Virus record (IMG/VR): IMGVR_UViG_3300000233_000006
Location: 62,001 to 126,000 of that record
DNA: 64,000 nt
Direction: 5' to 3' (one strand)
Origin: an uncultured virus (IMG/VR IMGVR_UViG_3300000233_000006)
Lineage: Duplodnaviria; Heunggongvirae; Uroviricota; Caudoviricetes
Each line of letters starts with the position of its first letter. The first letter of the stretch is position 1. A model generated the notes under the pieces. That model had not been told where the DNA came from. It saw nothing but the letters and a program-made list of their open reading frames with translations, and searched no databases. The translations under genes and the position numbers were made by a program. Positions 40,201 to 49,256 of this stretch are shown here, one piece after another.

Positions 40201-41374
40201 GGCATCGGCACAGTCGACTCCATCGGCACAGTCGACTCCATCGGCACAGTCAGGTGCACCTACCTTTAGTATAGGTCAGCGACCTTCAAATGACCTTATT
40301 ATGCCCCAAACTAACGGAACACTTGCGATGTCGCAGTCACTTGTTCCAACTTCAGTACCTACCGTTGTAGGTAATCAAACTGTCGCCACAAATACATCAC
40401 TTGTGCAACCGAGCGTTCTTAAACCTGTTGCTCAAAACACAGATACAGCAAAATTACCAGAAGAAGTTCTGAACCTACGTGTTAAGGACACTGACGGCAA
40501 AGTTAAGACACTTAAACAACTAGGTGTCACAACCTATGACGAACTCTCCAAGCGTGGAGGACAAGCGTTTGCAGGCGGTTATAATGACCCTAGCGTAACG
40601 TATGCAACGTCACTTATTCAAAAAGAACTGGGCGATAATTTTGGTCGTGTCACGGCACAAAACGACCATTACCATAAGGTTAACGCACCCAGTTCAGAAC
40701 ATACAAAAGGTTATAAGACGGACTATACCGTCAATGACAAAGACTATAAAAAGGCACATGCTGACACCGTAGCAGCCATGACAAAATACGGGTTGGTTGA
40801 AGGTAAAGACTTTAAAATCATTTCGGCACCTCACGGCACAGGTGGACATATTGATTTTAAGTTAACTGAAAGCGGTCGAACCAAAATGAGAACTCTTATG
40901 GGTAATCAGGAGGCTCAACCTCAACCTCAAACGACTCAAGAAGCAGGTATGACGCCAGCTCAACCAGCGTTACCGATCACCCAGGTTCCTAGCCTAGGTC
41001 AGGCCGTACCGCAGGCGCCAGTATCTAATGCCCAGAATAATGGGGCATCCTTGCCGAATGCAGTCGGTAATGCAACGACACCCGGGATGGGTGGGTTTAG
41101 ACCACCCATGTATGTCCCGCAACCTAATGTAGCGACGCAGTCTCAACAAGTCATGCCTTCTTTTGAGCCCATGCAAAAGGCAGTATCTGAGATGACAGGT
41201 GTTGCACGTGAACAGCTTGGTGTACTCCAGCAAATTCGAGAGGGTATCAATCAGCTCGGAGATAAACTAGGCAGTCAGGACGTGATGTCTCAGGAACCTA
41301 AACAAACCCCTGTAAAACAATCGCGCCCCGCAGAAATGCCTAAACCCGCCATAAGTGTGAGTAATTCAATCTAA
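34235..41374 (+). CDS. Giant tail-associated muralytic protein (phiKZ gp181-like) with GH19 and putative Zn-peptidase domains
   Basis: About 2380 aa, divergent from vRNAP beta-prime; GH19 motifs FMANASVETG, KGRGFMQLTGRYNY, VNGGYN; start at 34235 (AGGTGA RBS). Confidence 0.85.
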   Translation: MFGSKKQKTIDPSKINDGLDFDLGDLDASDEELNRLLGNGRQNGRKPTVATEFIGGASRDFISETVNFGNINDQIIKKILPSDYGTILDRSDAYTTPLTEMYTESVKTIRPAAYRLATTVNRLVPNELKTLKKITSSVTTKLSDDSTYSSSDSPESIRENSIKASLAEVFDVQRQVDQRERAHDRAEGRIKDEINFKNERFNQSVFSAIENNTSRVAQYTTSVNSAFQRKSLEIQYRSFFIQSEMLEHNKKYYELFKSQNESIVRNTGLPDYLKITTPEMVAEAAVRRAVGNVSESLYGEGSVVSRSIKRLNRKVKNFSMDVRDSLESGTTGIQMMEDLREDDESISRTAGRAVGKGLAYSLFGKIGDKLKEFDLLDKLDQHTNGAGKKIRNKMSTLADMLKNPTGYAAKALGRGGSLEEDYSDGTARGIGKSFGRFFADSFKESANTKVTEGQSITDLNRPVPFDVATRKSIVTVIPKYLSHILREVTALRLGKEPELLKFDHKSNDLMRSSQITKNLTRDLDVNIRTSSLRSSYNAFFKYMEQKDNKGKFVVKQENHFTQQEKKSIIETSFILRLRGHFTGIESLVQPGPGRKLFLERLTANGINNKKGFTDVTKKINSIFGVNRQGRRIADKKQLQQRKNFNEVVNSLPETLSKSSSVAGTLSDLGQDDNLIDSGFFKKKKDGSFYLDEDKLARQVGDLEGDVQRKNDYDADTERLKNNPLGMRNRDNIERNDRGIHPGYNGLHGLKSKSDGKARGVFEQMLDSINAMRKIMETCWCMKSVHGKLDEQLSDLNSNKIRDNLDRNKGHQELDSVLLNQKNNSRSESDVLRQDKIRQDKERKGMGRQRKLTKDRDELIKLYEETKTVYVNIDTLSKKVEGVLLRFNQENVNLKIKKPYQIALSKAKSARSSDFLKSFDELKKRIENIDVNAPFSTEIDNLRKAIKLRHKNLTSIHSELDALVKRSEKVRRSGRRTTTSRDNVEDTPTSIVDQTVPPSPPPPITPTTPTPSITPTTPTPGSGFAEGSNSVTPLINGFNHVKNKVSNLFTRPTQNNMVQQDLASAPNTAGKTLSGTANKILAGVATYGGLSLFGAGAANAGSLGTLAFEPTTGLPLLIALGLAGAGYKIYKNKKKQRDIEKAALQTQPGVSDVPANAEGTLQNMSGNTVTGSVVNAAGTVIDGASKLSQNVARGIKDKFKTVVGASKGALNEASKRRDDIKSKISEFSDNNTLHGIDFAADRLISQVAGSISEKARSRVKAALVKTYKSAQSKGGDKLALAAISAVILRTSFTTAGLREVTEWTEDGRPIKSRVKDTVKNIAGNVRTRYRNSETVEQAREGIKNVIENNDRSIIQRGFRLFNRGRESDFIKTLTNKNVNVSEKASSILQLVKNIEMTELLKKLIPKKKKFNDRNNDGHRDNAWDASTGTAASVGLKGVAARAATAILSRPLIAAAAGLAVAGVVSWLSNLKSGEFKDVVGETWHGAKKLAKGAVKGAGNLAVTTGEVFEQWGLTLGRGIRDVGGWALDKSLDSLPLIGHVYKYQKNKAMEAFNEGRFLQYGIRINDLSSVQRILELEAYIIDERVVDTTNGKVQKDRIDQEKLFKIFDIDKDDVKGQRRFIRWFTGRFIKVFRYHAVALRTIKKEFSDFTLLKSLNKKEKLEYFNRVKSISGILNVFELPFNTDEKNDVTEEEIDAWYRQAIDKVKSQKDDPEKKKKDGTSTNKPEDKVGKEKDDYIKGQNRKKVLDDLEAKRASVEATRRIKAEDQKVSKENASRRQAEFNKAASDISSGNVPSPQAPSSVASMTGNTLLALPNTTVPALDKNPNGYEKALEEFAIKNGIQKGPELAAFMANASVETGQFKHLTEKGKNAGSQYEGRKVLGNTEPGDGEKFKGRGFMQLTGRYNYGVIGNALGVDLVNNPDLVSEPEMAMKTAVAYWKLHNGGKIPEAARSGDFKKSVYYVNGGYNAFNERQGQYDKYLQMYNSGNTVAASAQSTPSAQSTPSAQSGAPTFSIGQRPSNDLIMPQTNGTLAMSQSLVPTSVPTVVGNQTVATNTSLVQPSVLKPVAQNTDTAKLPEEVLNLRVKDTDGKVKTLKQLGVTTYDELSKRGGQAFAGGYNDPSVTYATSLIQKELGDNFGRVTAQNDHYHKVNAPSSEHTKGYKTDYTVNDKDYKKAHADTVAAMTKYGLVEGKDFKIISAPHGTGGHIDFKLTESGRTKMRTLMGNQEAQPQPQTTQEAGMTPAQPALPITQVPSLGQAVPQAPVSNAQNNGASLPNAVGNATTPGMGGFRPPMYVPQPNVATQSQQVMPSFEPMQKAVSEMTGVAREQLGVLQQIREGINQLGDKLGSQDVMSQEPKQTPVKQSRPAEMPKPAISVSNSI
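37239..37290 (+). repeat. Tandem 25-nt repeat x2 encoding ITPTTPTP linker
   Basis: CAATAACCCCGACAACACCTACTCC twice. Confidence 0.85.
40203..40251 (+). repeat. Tandem 18-nt repeat x2.7 encoding SAQSTP linker
   Basis: CATCGGCACAGTCGACTC units. Confidence 0.85.
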
Positions 41375-41409
41375 AAACTGGAAGAGGTCGAAAGACCTCT
41401 TCCAGTTTT
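41374..41409. terminator. Intrinsic terminator
   Basis: AAAACTGGAAGAGGTC-gaaa-GACCTCTTCCAGTTTT. Confidence 0.85.
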
Positions 41410-41448
41410 ATTGTGTGAAACAGACGTAACCACTCCGAGGATAAAATT

Positions 41449-43761
41449 ATGGCCGATAGCGATTTAGTCAACTCAGGTAAAAACGCCCCTATGCCCTTTA
41501 AAGGGGCTTATATCAAAGGTATTGATGAAGTCAGGCGTGAAAATATTTCTGAACAAGCGGACGGTTACGTTGACGATAATGGTGACGTATTCTTTTACGA
41601 CTTCGCCGACGAGAGGACGATTTTCGATAATCCGACATCGGATCCGGATTCGTTTACCGTAAAAGATGCCGAGTGGATCAGCCGCGCATTTCTTGTACCG
41701 GATTCAGCCTACGGCGCACGACTGGATTCTCTGAATGCATCAAACGCTGTCCTTAATGGACGTTACTTTTCAACCGCTTCTTTAAAACATACGAATACCT
41801 CGCTTGGAGGTAACTTCGGGATTAACTCACGTCCTCAATTCACGAGATACTCAGACGTCCGTTTAACAGGCCGTCTTGAAACAGATAAGCAAGTAGGGAT
41901 TGATTATGGTGGCGAGACATACGGTCTTGGACGTTACTATAGTGAAGCGATCGACGATAATGCCGAGACTATCGTCTTGTCCTTTGGAGTTCCTAAACAT
42001 AACTCCATGGCGAACTTTTTTATCCACGTCTGGGATCCTGAAGTCGCATCCGTCGCACGTCGAGGCCGGACGTTTAGTAGTACCGTCCATAACTTCTTTC
42101 GAGACACTGCAAATCTTGTCACTAACATTTTCCTTTTAAGGAAAATACCGATCATCGCTTTAAGTATGTTTTCTTTACAATTTGCTTCAAGTTTCGGACG
42201 ATCTGCGGCAACCAAATACTACACCATGAAACCCACCATGCATAATTATTGGTGGACGGCACAAGGCCTTCTCAATGCCATGATGATTAATCTCGGCCTA
42301 TATCCGTCGACCCATTTAGAGCTTGTTGACGATTTAATCGGTGACGGTAAAGCCGATATTAAGGACGAGGCTAAACGAGGTGCGGGTAGTTATGCCGTAC
42401 CTGATCAAGCCGTACTTGACTTTTATAAAAGCGTATTCCCTAATCTTTTTAATAAGTCAGAAATGCTTGATATCTACGCCATCGGAACACGCGCGATGCG
42501 TCAAGAAATGGGGCATATTGAAGAGATGGAAGGGATTGGTGAAAACGAGTTCGAACAATACTTCAGTGCTAAGGTTAATGCAAACGACAGTAAGTTCGAA
42601 ACCCTCATGGCTTTTATGGCACGTTCTTTAAAAGTAGACCAACTCTACGGAAAAGGAACATCGTCAGAACAAAATGTTTTTTCTGACGTTGAAAACAAAG
42701 AAGCGTTTGAAAAATATGCCGACATGGATGTTGAACTCGATCCTAGACTAAATGCTTCGAGCGGCTCATCACTTCCTCGAGGCGAAGAAAATAGTTTCTT
42801 ATCAGAGATATCAACGTATTATTCCGAAAGCCTGAGAAAAGGTTCGGACTATGTCTTTTTTAAAGTGAACGCTGTTAAATCCGTGAACGAGTCTTTTGAT
42901 AATAGCGTGGGAGAATCGGGGATATCGTCATTCCTAAATAGTACTTCGACGTCATCACGCGACTTACGTTTTAACTTAGCGGATGGTAATCTTACCGGTA
43001 TCGACGCGGTAGATGGCTTACTTAAAGGTGCGGTAGGCGCTGTCACAGGCATTGCGTCAGGCGTAATCGATTCTGTAACATTCGGAGCTTCAAATATTCT
43101 TGGAGTTTTAACAGGTGCTGGCTTTGTGGACATTCCTAAAACATGGCAGAATTCATCGGCACGACTTCCTGAAGTGAGTTATTCGATATCACTTGTCAGT
43201 CCGTACGGAAACGTGATGTCCCTTTTACAAAACATTTACGTTCCTATGGCACTGCTTATGGCAGGATCCCTACCCTTATCAACAGGTAAGAACTCGTACA
43301 CAAGTCCTTTCTTATGCCGTATTTTTCATCGGGGTAAGAACATGACACGTCTCGGTATGATTACGAGTCTATCGTTCACACGGGGTACAACGCACTTACC
43401 ATTTACTAACAAAGGTCAGGTTCTAGGCGTAGACGTAAGTTTTACTATCACAGACTTAAGTAGTATCATGCACGTCCCTATTAACCAGACTATCGGGGTA
43501 TTTACTGACGCACCTGAAATCGACGAAGGGAGTACGCTCTACGACTATCTTGCAGCGATCACTGGGCAGTCTTTATATGACCATACCAATCCGATCTCAG
43601 TCATACGTCAGCGCATCGCTAAACGTGCGGCTCAAGTCGGTGTCTTTACTTCACCTGCGTACTGGGGTAGTCTAGGCGCATCGTTTACAAACGACCTTAC
43701 GTTTGGATTAGCTTCCGCCTTTGGTGACACAGCGAAAATATTTAGTTCTCGACCTCAATAA
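41449..43761 (+). CDS. Virion/tail structural protein (phiKZ gp182-like)
   Basis: 770 aa following the gp181-like gene; GRYYSEAIDD, YTSPF motifs. Confidence 0.75.
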   Translation: MADSDLVNSGKNAPMPFKGAYIKGIDEVRRENISEQADGYVDDNGDVFFYDFADERTIFDNPTSDPDSFTVKDAEWISRAFLVPDSAYGARLDSLNASNAVLNGRYFSTASLKHTNTSLGGNFGINSRPQFTRYSDVRLTGRLETDKQVGIDYGGETYGLGRYYSEAIDDNAETIVLSFGVPKHNSMANFFIHVWDPEVASVARRGRTFSSTVHNFFRDTANLVTNIFLLRKIPIIALSMFSLQFASSFGRSAATKYYTMKPTMHNYWWTAQGLLNAMMINLGLYPSTHLELVDDLIGDGKADIKDEAKRGAGSYAVPDQAVLDFYKSVFPNLFNKSEMLDIYAIGTRAMRQEMGHIEEMEGIGENEFEQYFSAKVNANDSKFETLMAFMARSLKVDQLYGKGTSSEQNVFSDVENKEAFEKYADMDVELDPRLNASSGSSLPRGEENSFLSEISTYYSESLRKGSDYVFFKVNAVKSVNESFDNSVGESGISSFLNSTSTSSRDLRFNLADGNLTGIDAVDGLLKGAVGAVTGIASGVIDSVTFGASNILGVLTGAGFVDIPKTWQNSSARLPEVSYSISLVSPYGNVMSLLQNIYVPMALLMAGSLPLSTGKNSYTSPFLCRIFHRGKNMTRLGMITSLSFTRGTTHLPFTNKGQVLGVDVSFTITDLSSIMHVPINQTIGVFTDAPEIDEGSTLYDYLAAITGQSLYDHTNPISVIRQRIAKRAAQVGVFTSPAYWGSLGASFTNDLTFGLASAFGDTAKIFSSRPQ

Positions 43762-43796
43762 GGTATAGTGGGTGCATTAATGCACCCACTATACCT
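43761..43796. terminator. 36-bp perfect palindrome between convergent genes
   Basis: AGGTATAGTGGGTGCATT|AATGCACCCACTATACCT. Confidence 0.75.
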
Positions 43797-44751
43797 ATCT
43801 TACTAAAGCGTATTTGAATTGCCCGTAGTGTTTAAAATACTTATACAATGCCGACGGATCACTGCTTGCTAGGCTACTATTCCAATATTCGTTATTAGGA
43901 TCGCTTGTCCTGTAGCCTTCCTGACATAACTCATGTCGATTTACACTACCAAAGGCATTCACTAAGGACGTTAATTTATTCTTAGCATCTGCGATATTAC
44001 CGCTTTTAAACGACCTGTCAAGGTCTGAGAAAAATATCGGCATATGTCTTGCAATTGGTACGCATCCAGTAGGAAAAGTGTAACAGTCGACCAGGCATGC
44101 CGATATTTTTGACCATGACACATCTTGATTTGGCGAGGGGGATGTATTCGTATCGTCATTTTCATCAGGACATTTGACAATAATGGACGCCGGTTGATCG
44201 TATTCCCCTATTCGCGTATCAATCCCCTCAGGTATTTCGCCATTCCTACCTACGCCAATTCTCAAAATAGTATCGTTAATAACATCGTCATAATTTTGGT
44301 TATCGTCATACGAACCGCCACCAGTTAAAAAGTTACCAATGTTTTGCGGGTCGCACGGATCAAAATTAAGATTGTAGTTATATTTTTTATTATTGTAATT
44401 TAACCAATCACCAAGACTGATACCGCACGAATTAAGGTACGCCTTAATCTTTGCCGCAAAGATAGGGTCTCCACCTGAGAACTGACTAATGATCTCATCA
44501 ATCACCGCATCATCCAAGTCACCGATATCGCCCACGATCCCAAGTGTATCGAGGATAGCTCCAATATCAATACTTCCAAAAACTCCATCAAGGATACCGA
44601 ATATAGATCCGAGATCACCGTCAAGTAAAGAACCTAAGGTTTCAACAAGATCGGTATTCAGGATTTGACGTGAGGTTAAGGTGCGTAAGTCAGAAGTTGC
44701 GACGTTTGTTTCGTCCGAAAGAAAATTAAATCGTTTTGCTGGAATAGCCAT
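43795..44751 (-). CDS. Hypothetical Asp/Gly/Cys-rich protein
   Basis: ATG at 44751 with GGAG RBS; about 318 aa. Confidence 0.75.
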   Translation of the reverse strand: MAIPAKRFNFLSDETNVATSDLRTLTSRQILNTDLVETLGSLLDGDLGSIFGILDGVFGSIDIGAILDTLGIVGDIGDLDDAVIDEIISQFSGGDPIFAAKIKAYLNSCGISLGDWLNYNNKKYNYNLNFDPCDPQNIGNFLTGGGSYDDNQNYDDVINDTILRIGVGRNGEIPEGIDTRIGEYDQPASIIVKCPDENDDTNTSPSPNQDVSWSKISACLVDCYTFPTGCVPIARHMPIFFSDLDRSFKSGNIADAKNKLTSLVNAFGSVNRHELCQEGYRTSDPNNEYWNSSLASSDPSALYKYFKHYGQFKYALVR

Positions 44752-44875
44752 AAAAACTCCAAAAAAATAAAGCACGCCACAAAGAGTAGCGCGCTTTACA
44801 AATTAAAAGTACAGGGATTTAGTTATCACCCACGAAGAGTTTTTTCTTCGAAGGTTTGGCTAAAAGAGATTTTGT

Positions 44876-45670
44876 TCAGTCGTCAGATTCGTGCAAAACT
44901 TCAGAGGAGTCAGCTTCGACGCTATCCAAGACTTGGGGCAATGGTTCGCTAGACCCATCGCCAACACACGTGTCTTTAACAACAACCGTTCCTTCAGCAG
45001 CAGTATCTGACATACTTATTAAAGCTTCAGAAATCATTTCGGCATCGGCAAGACGCTGTTCTTTGTAATAACGACGCGCCGCTTCATCGGCCATCTTGTA
45101 CTGAACATCGTCATTCTGACCATGGAAAGACTTTGGAATATCGTTAAACTGAATGGAGAACGCTACTTCGTTAATGAAAGGAACGTACCAATCTGCATGA
45201 TAAACGGGTTGACGTACAGCACTACCTTTATCACCGTCGCTGTAATACGAAATAAAAGGTAAGGTATTGTCTTTGATCAACTCGACAAGTTCTTTGTTGC
45301 CATTAATACGCATCCATTCCGCAGTCTTAAGAAGGTACTTAATATTTCTTAACTTCAGCCGTGGTAGTTCTTTTGAGAGTTTTCTACACATGCCTCCTGA
45401 AAGCTTACGGAATCGCTCGTCGCGCGTAGGTGAAGTAAGGTAACCCCAGAAACCATTCATCGTCGAAAAATGTCCGAAATACGGATGTTCAAGACGAACA
45501 TTACTCGAGAATGACAGAAGCTGCCCTAAACGCGTGGCGCCTGTTAACGAGATATTAATATGGTCAACGCCGTCTTCACCAAAAGAAGACGGTGGGGCTT
45601 TTACCGTCTGAAGGCGGGTCTGAAGACTCTTAGGAACGTAGTTTTTAATACTTTCGAGTGACGGGTGCAT
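44876..45670 (-). CDS. Conserved jumbo-phage hypothetical protein
   Basis: 264 aa; DGVDHINI..T.LG..L, HPYFGHF..GFW motifs. Confidence 0.75.
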   Translation of the reverse strand: MHPSLESIKNYVPKSLQTRLQTVKAPPSSFGEDGVDHINISLTGATRLGQLLSFSSNVRLEHPYFGHFSTMNGFWGYLTSPTRDERFRKLSGGMCRKLSKELPRLKLRNIKYLLKTAEWMRINGNKELVELIKDNTLPFISYYSDGDKGSAVRQPVYHADWYVPFINEVAFSIQFNDIPKSFHGQNDDVQYKMADEAARRYYKEQRLADAEMISEALISMSDTAAEGTVVVKDTCVGDGSSEPLPQVLDSVEADSSEVLHESDD

Positions 45671-45673
45671 TTT

Positions 45674-46168
45674 TTATTTTTCCTTGGTTTCAGTTTCTAA
45701 ATGACTAGACAAATAGTTTCGTCCGTAAATAGAGAGGAGTGTGAGTACGATATACCACGGATTCGCTTCAAAGACATTTTCTACATCTGATCGTGAGGTC
45801 ACGATTTGAGAGGCCATGTCTTTTGGAACAAGCGTGTCTGGGTTTTCGCTATTGAAGATAAATGTCGAAAAGGCTATGACGAGACTTTTCTCAAGCTTTG
45901 CGTAAGGTTGCGGATAAAGGTTTCTATCCATAACATAGCAAAGACCTGCATTTAAAACAAAGTCAGTCACGTCAGACGTACTGTAAAAAACTTCGTTCAT
46001 AGTCTTTTCGATCATTCGCATCGTTAAGAAAGCGTATGAGTTACTCGAAATAATCGTCTCGATAAAGTCTTTAACATTATCGCTTAGTTCGACGCCTTGA
46101 TCAAGCGTCGTGCTAAGGATGCGCCTAATGATCTCATCCTTTTCTTTGAATAAAACATCGTCATTCAT
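45674..46168 (-). CDS. Hypothetical protein
   Basis: 164-aa ORF in operon. Confidence 0.75.
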   Translation of the reverse strand: MNDDVLFKEKDEIIRRILSTTLDQGVELSDNVKDFIETIISSNSYAFLTMRMIEKTMNEVFYSTSDVTDFVLNAGLCYVMDRNLYPQPYAKLEKSLVIAFSTFIFNSENPDTLVPKDMASQIVTSRSDVENVFEANPWYIVLTLLSIYGRNYLSSHLETETKEK

Positions 46169-46559
46169 CGTCAGACCCCTTGTTCATGCTGTAATCTCTT
46201 AAGTCAAGTGTTCGCTCGTGATGGGTTATTTCGTCGTTAGCGTGATAAACGTCGACGCTTATTTTTATTTTTGGAATTTGTAAGAATTTAATCGACTTAA
46301 TAAAAACCCTAAACGTCATGGTTTTTGCCGTAAGGTCTTTAAGAAGATTCGATCGAATATTTGATCGATCCTTAACGTTATCAGGAACCCTGTTACCTTC
46401 AAAGTTTGAAGGTGTCGACAGATATGTCTCCATCCATGCATTATAGTCGTCAGGCGTAACGCCCTTGACATGAGCGACCTCAAGAAAGAGATTGCTTAGT
46501 ATCGTTCCTAGGTTGGCATCAGCCTTAGGTTCGTTACGTTTAATATGATCCTTTTTCAT
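46161..46559 (-). CDS. Hypothetical protein
   Basis: 132-aa ORF with overlapping start/stop. Confidence 0.75.
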   Translation of the reverse strand: MKKDHIKRNEPKADANLGTILSNLFLEVAHVKGVTPDDYNAWMETYLSTPSNFEGNRVPDNVKDRSNIRSNLLKDLTAKTMTFRVFIKSIKFLQIPKIKISVDVYHANDEITHHERTLDLRDYSMNKGSDDE

Positions 46560-46999
46560 AAAGTTTTTATCCTAAGGATTAAAGCGTCAATATTTTGCTC
46601 GACATTCCTTACACGTCTTAGCGTGTAATTATTTTGATCGCTATCGTTATTTTGACGAAGGCGATCTGTCGTTTCTTTGAAGTCAGAAACGGCGTCGGCA
46701 AATCGTAAATACTCGTCACTCGACACAATGAAACCGTCTCGATCCGTAATGAAGGTATGGAGACTTATTCGTTTAAGTGTCAGGTGAGTCAAAGTAAGGC
46801 TGTCAAACATATCTGACTTCATAGCTCGGTTGAGTTTAAGAAGCTCAGCTAAATACGTATCTATGTTTTCATAAAAAACCTCGAGTTTTATGTGACCATA
46901 TTTGTCGGAAATAAGATCTTGCTGTGTAAATTTTGTCAAAATGTCTTTAGGTTTTTGACTGTACTTTTTTCTAAAATAAGTCAGGATTTTTTTAATCAT
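46556..46999 (-). CDS. Hypothetical protein
   Basis: 147-aa ORF, AGGTGG RBS; CATATTAC promoter variant at 47040-47047. Confidence 0.75.
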   Translation of the reverse strand: MIKKILTYFRKKYSQKPKDILTKFTQQDLISDKYGHIKLEVFYENIDTYLAELLKLNRAMKSDMFDSLTLTHLTLKRISLHTFITDRDGFIVSSDEYLRFADAVSDFKETTDRLRQNNDSDQNNYTLRRVRNVEQNIDALILRIKTL

Positions 47000-47088
47000 A
47001 ACCCACCTTTAAAAAAAGATCAAATGATATGTCACTTAAGTAATATGTCATTGAAATATTTTATGACTTTAAATGTGGAGAAAATAAA

Positions 47089-47484
47089 ATGTCAGAGAGT
47101 ATTAATCCTGAAGAACGGCGAATTATTAATAAGACCGTGTCGATACGCGAAAAAATTATCGATAGTCTTATGCAGGACGATAAAGTTCCGACAGATCGAG
47201 ACGATCTTAAACTCTTACTTTCAACCCTTGACAGTACCGACCGAACTGTGGTCTCGGTAGCAAAAATTCGTAATGACGATGCTAACGAGAAAAGTCGTAT
47301 TAACGCAGCTTCTGATGTCGCCAAGTTAATTGGGACCATGCGTGATCGTAAATTAAAGGCGCTTGAAGAAGTACGTGAAATACCTAGTCTTCCCGATGAC
47401 TTTAATGTTATCAATCCTGTTCTAGGTGAAAAGGATATTGGAGAATCAGGTTTGTGCTATGATGAATTTATGAAAGACGATTAA
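47089..47484 (+). CDS. Hypothetical protein
   Basis: 131 aa, GGAG RBS, TATG motif upstream. Confidence 0.75.
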   Translation: MSESINPEERRIINKTVSIREKIIDSLMQDDKVPTDRDDLKLLLSTLDSTDRTVVSVAKIRNDDANEKSRINAASDVAKLIGTMRDRKLKALEEVREIPSLPDDFNVINPVLGEKDIGESGLCYDEFMKDD

Positions 47485-48178
47485 AGATCGTCGGATCGAC
47501 AGAAAAAGTTTCGGCTGGAATATGTGTGATATCTATAAAGAACTTCAAGAATTCTTCAAGTTCCTGAAAGACATCGACCGAACCACGTTTCTTAATAGTT
47601 TCGATCAGCGCATCCTTATCCTTAATCAAGGCCGATGTATAGATTTTGACTTTAGTGCAGTTCACCCGTTTAAGTTCCTCAGCATGAATATCAAGCCACG
47701 GATGAAAGTCATAATAAAAAACTGATCCGTACGTTTGTCTTAAAATGGTGGGGGTTAATGCTTCAAGCGAAAAATGACAAAGTTCAACACGGTATTCTTC
47801 ACCCAGTAGATAGTTGAATGCCCGACGTATAGCCTCTCTAACAGGTTCTTCAAAAATATAAGGGTAAGTATTAAGTCTTACGATAATGTCGCCTGTAATC
47901 ACCCCGTCGAAGCGTGCAAACGAAGATCTCTTTAAGAGACCTTTAAGATAGATATGTAATAAGGAACGTAGAGACTTTTTTACAGTCTCTACGTTCCTTG
48001 ACGCGTACGCTTTTTCATAGATCTCCTGACGTTCTGTTTCAAAAAACAAGTCGCTTACTCGGTTCTTGAAATAGCGAAACATAAATTCCTCATTCATGAG
48101 GTCTTGACTTGTTTCGCTAAGTACGGTATAACGCGTATCAAGGATCGCGTCAAGTTCGATAAGGATAACGTGGTTCAT
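47468..48178 (-). CDS. Conserved phiKZ-like hypothetical protein
   Basis: 236 aa; ELDAILDTR, LNTYPY motifs; coupled to the vRNAP subunit gene. Confidence 0.75.
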   Translation of the reverse strand: MNHVILIELDAILDTRYTVLSETSQDLMNEEFMFRYFKNRVSDLFFETERQEIYEKAYASRNVETVKKSLRSLLHIYLKGLLKRSSFARFDGVITGDIIVRLNTYPYIFEEPVREAIRRAFNYLLGEEYRVELCHFSLEALTPTILRQTYGSVFYYDFHPWLDIHAEELKRVNCTKVKIYTSALIKDKDALIETIKKRGSVDVFQELEEFLKFFIDITHIPAETFSVDPTIFNRLS

Positions 48179-48846
48179 AGCGTGTTCTTTATATGTGCGC
48201 CATTAAGAAGGACGCGTAGTGTTTTCGTTGACTCGACGCCCTGTGAATAGGGTTCGATCGCCTTTAAGCTTACGTGACCAAAAGTCGATATTGAGGCATT
48301 CATGGCTCTAAAGCCCGACGTATCACCACCACGAAACTTAATCATTTCTTTAACCGATTCTTTAAGATTAAATGCGGATAAAATCTGAAGTTGTGGGAGT
48401 GAAATGCGCGAGGCTTTCGAAGACGACGTGGCTTGACCTGTTGTCCTGTCAACAATCGCATTGTTTTCAGGAACCTTGATTTTACTCGAGATCGTTTGCG
48501 AAGCACGTCGAACGGGCATATCGTAAACAAGATAGGGGATCGGGGTTAGATACTCACTGGTCTCCTCGGTCGCCCCAATCCACAGTCTCGAAAAGAAATT
48601 ATGACCAAGTTTCTTAGCGATTTCGATATTTCTTTCTGTCGAAAGTTTATAACCGTCTTTAAAGTTAGGTGCGTATATTACAAGGTTTCTCGCACCTAAC
48701 TCAATATCGTTCATGAGTTGATCAAAAGCTTTATCCGACATCGTTTTAAAAAGACGCTCATAAAACGCTTTATTCTCAGACCCTGGAAGGATCATGTCGA
48801 TGTGTTTAACTATAAACGCTTCAGCTTCTTTTCTAGACCCAGCCAT
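48175..48846 (-). CDS. Virion RNA polymerase beta subunit, C-terminal part (phiKZ gp149-like)
   Basis: 223 aa; D.TTGQ..SKASRISLPQ..L..KEMIKFRGGD aligns by eye to the beta C-terminal switch region. Confidence 0.8.
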   Translation of the reverse strand: MAGSRKEAEAFIVKHIDMILPGSENKAFYERLFKTMSDKAFDQLMNDIELGARNLVIYAPNFKDGYKLSTERNIEIAKKLGHNFFSRLWIGATEETSEYLTPIPYLVYDMPVRRASQTISSKIKVPENNAIVDRTTGQATSSSKASRISLPQLQILSAFNLKESVKEMIKFRGGDTSGFRAMNASISTFGHVSLKAIEPYSQGVESTKTLRVLLNGAHIKNTL

Positions 48847-48860
48847 ACCCAGCCTCCGAA

Positions 48861-49208
48861 TTAAACGGTCGGTAAACCGTTTCGTTGAATAAACGGTACG
48901 ACGTTAGTTTCGAAAAGACGCAACCAGTTGGCGTGGTCTTCAACCATAACGAGATTGCTTCGCTGTTCGAAACTAGGTTCTTCGCAACACAAAAGCTGGA
49001 ACTGCCAGTAGCGATTCATGACCATGATTTGCTTCAATGGTCTGTAATGGCGCGCTGCGGTGATGAAGGGATGGTATAAGTAAATTTCCAAATCTTGCGG
49101 TGTACGACCCGCCTTGATCAATAAATCATAAACGATCCCGACAATGTCGACATCACCGTCTACGCGCGGCTCGTCTTCCTGATTAATCTGTCCGTTGTGC
49201 AAATACAT
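48861..49208 (-). CDS. Hypothetical protein
   Basis: 115 aa, AAGG RBS. Confidence 0.7.
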   Translation of the reverse strand: MYLHNGQINQEDEPRVDGDVDIVGIVYDLLIKAGRTPQDLEIYLYHPFITAARHYRPLKQIMVMNRYWQFQLLCCEEPSFEQRSNLVMVEDHANWLRLFETNVVPFIQRNGLPTV

Positions 49209-49256
49209 AAAAAAACCTTCAGATAGTGTTAAATGTCATAGCATAGAAAAGTAAAG

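Noticed and set aside
47061..47414. Long antisense ORFs here and at 55688..56230
   Set aside because: They mirror better-supported plus-strand genes.
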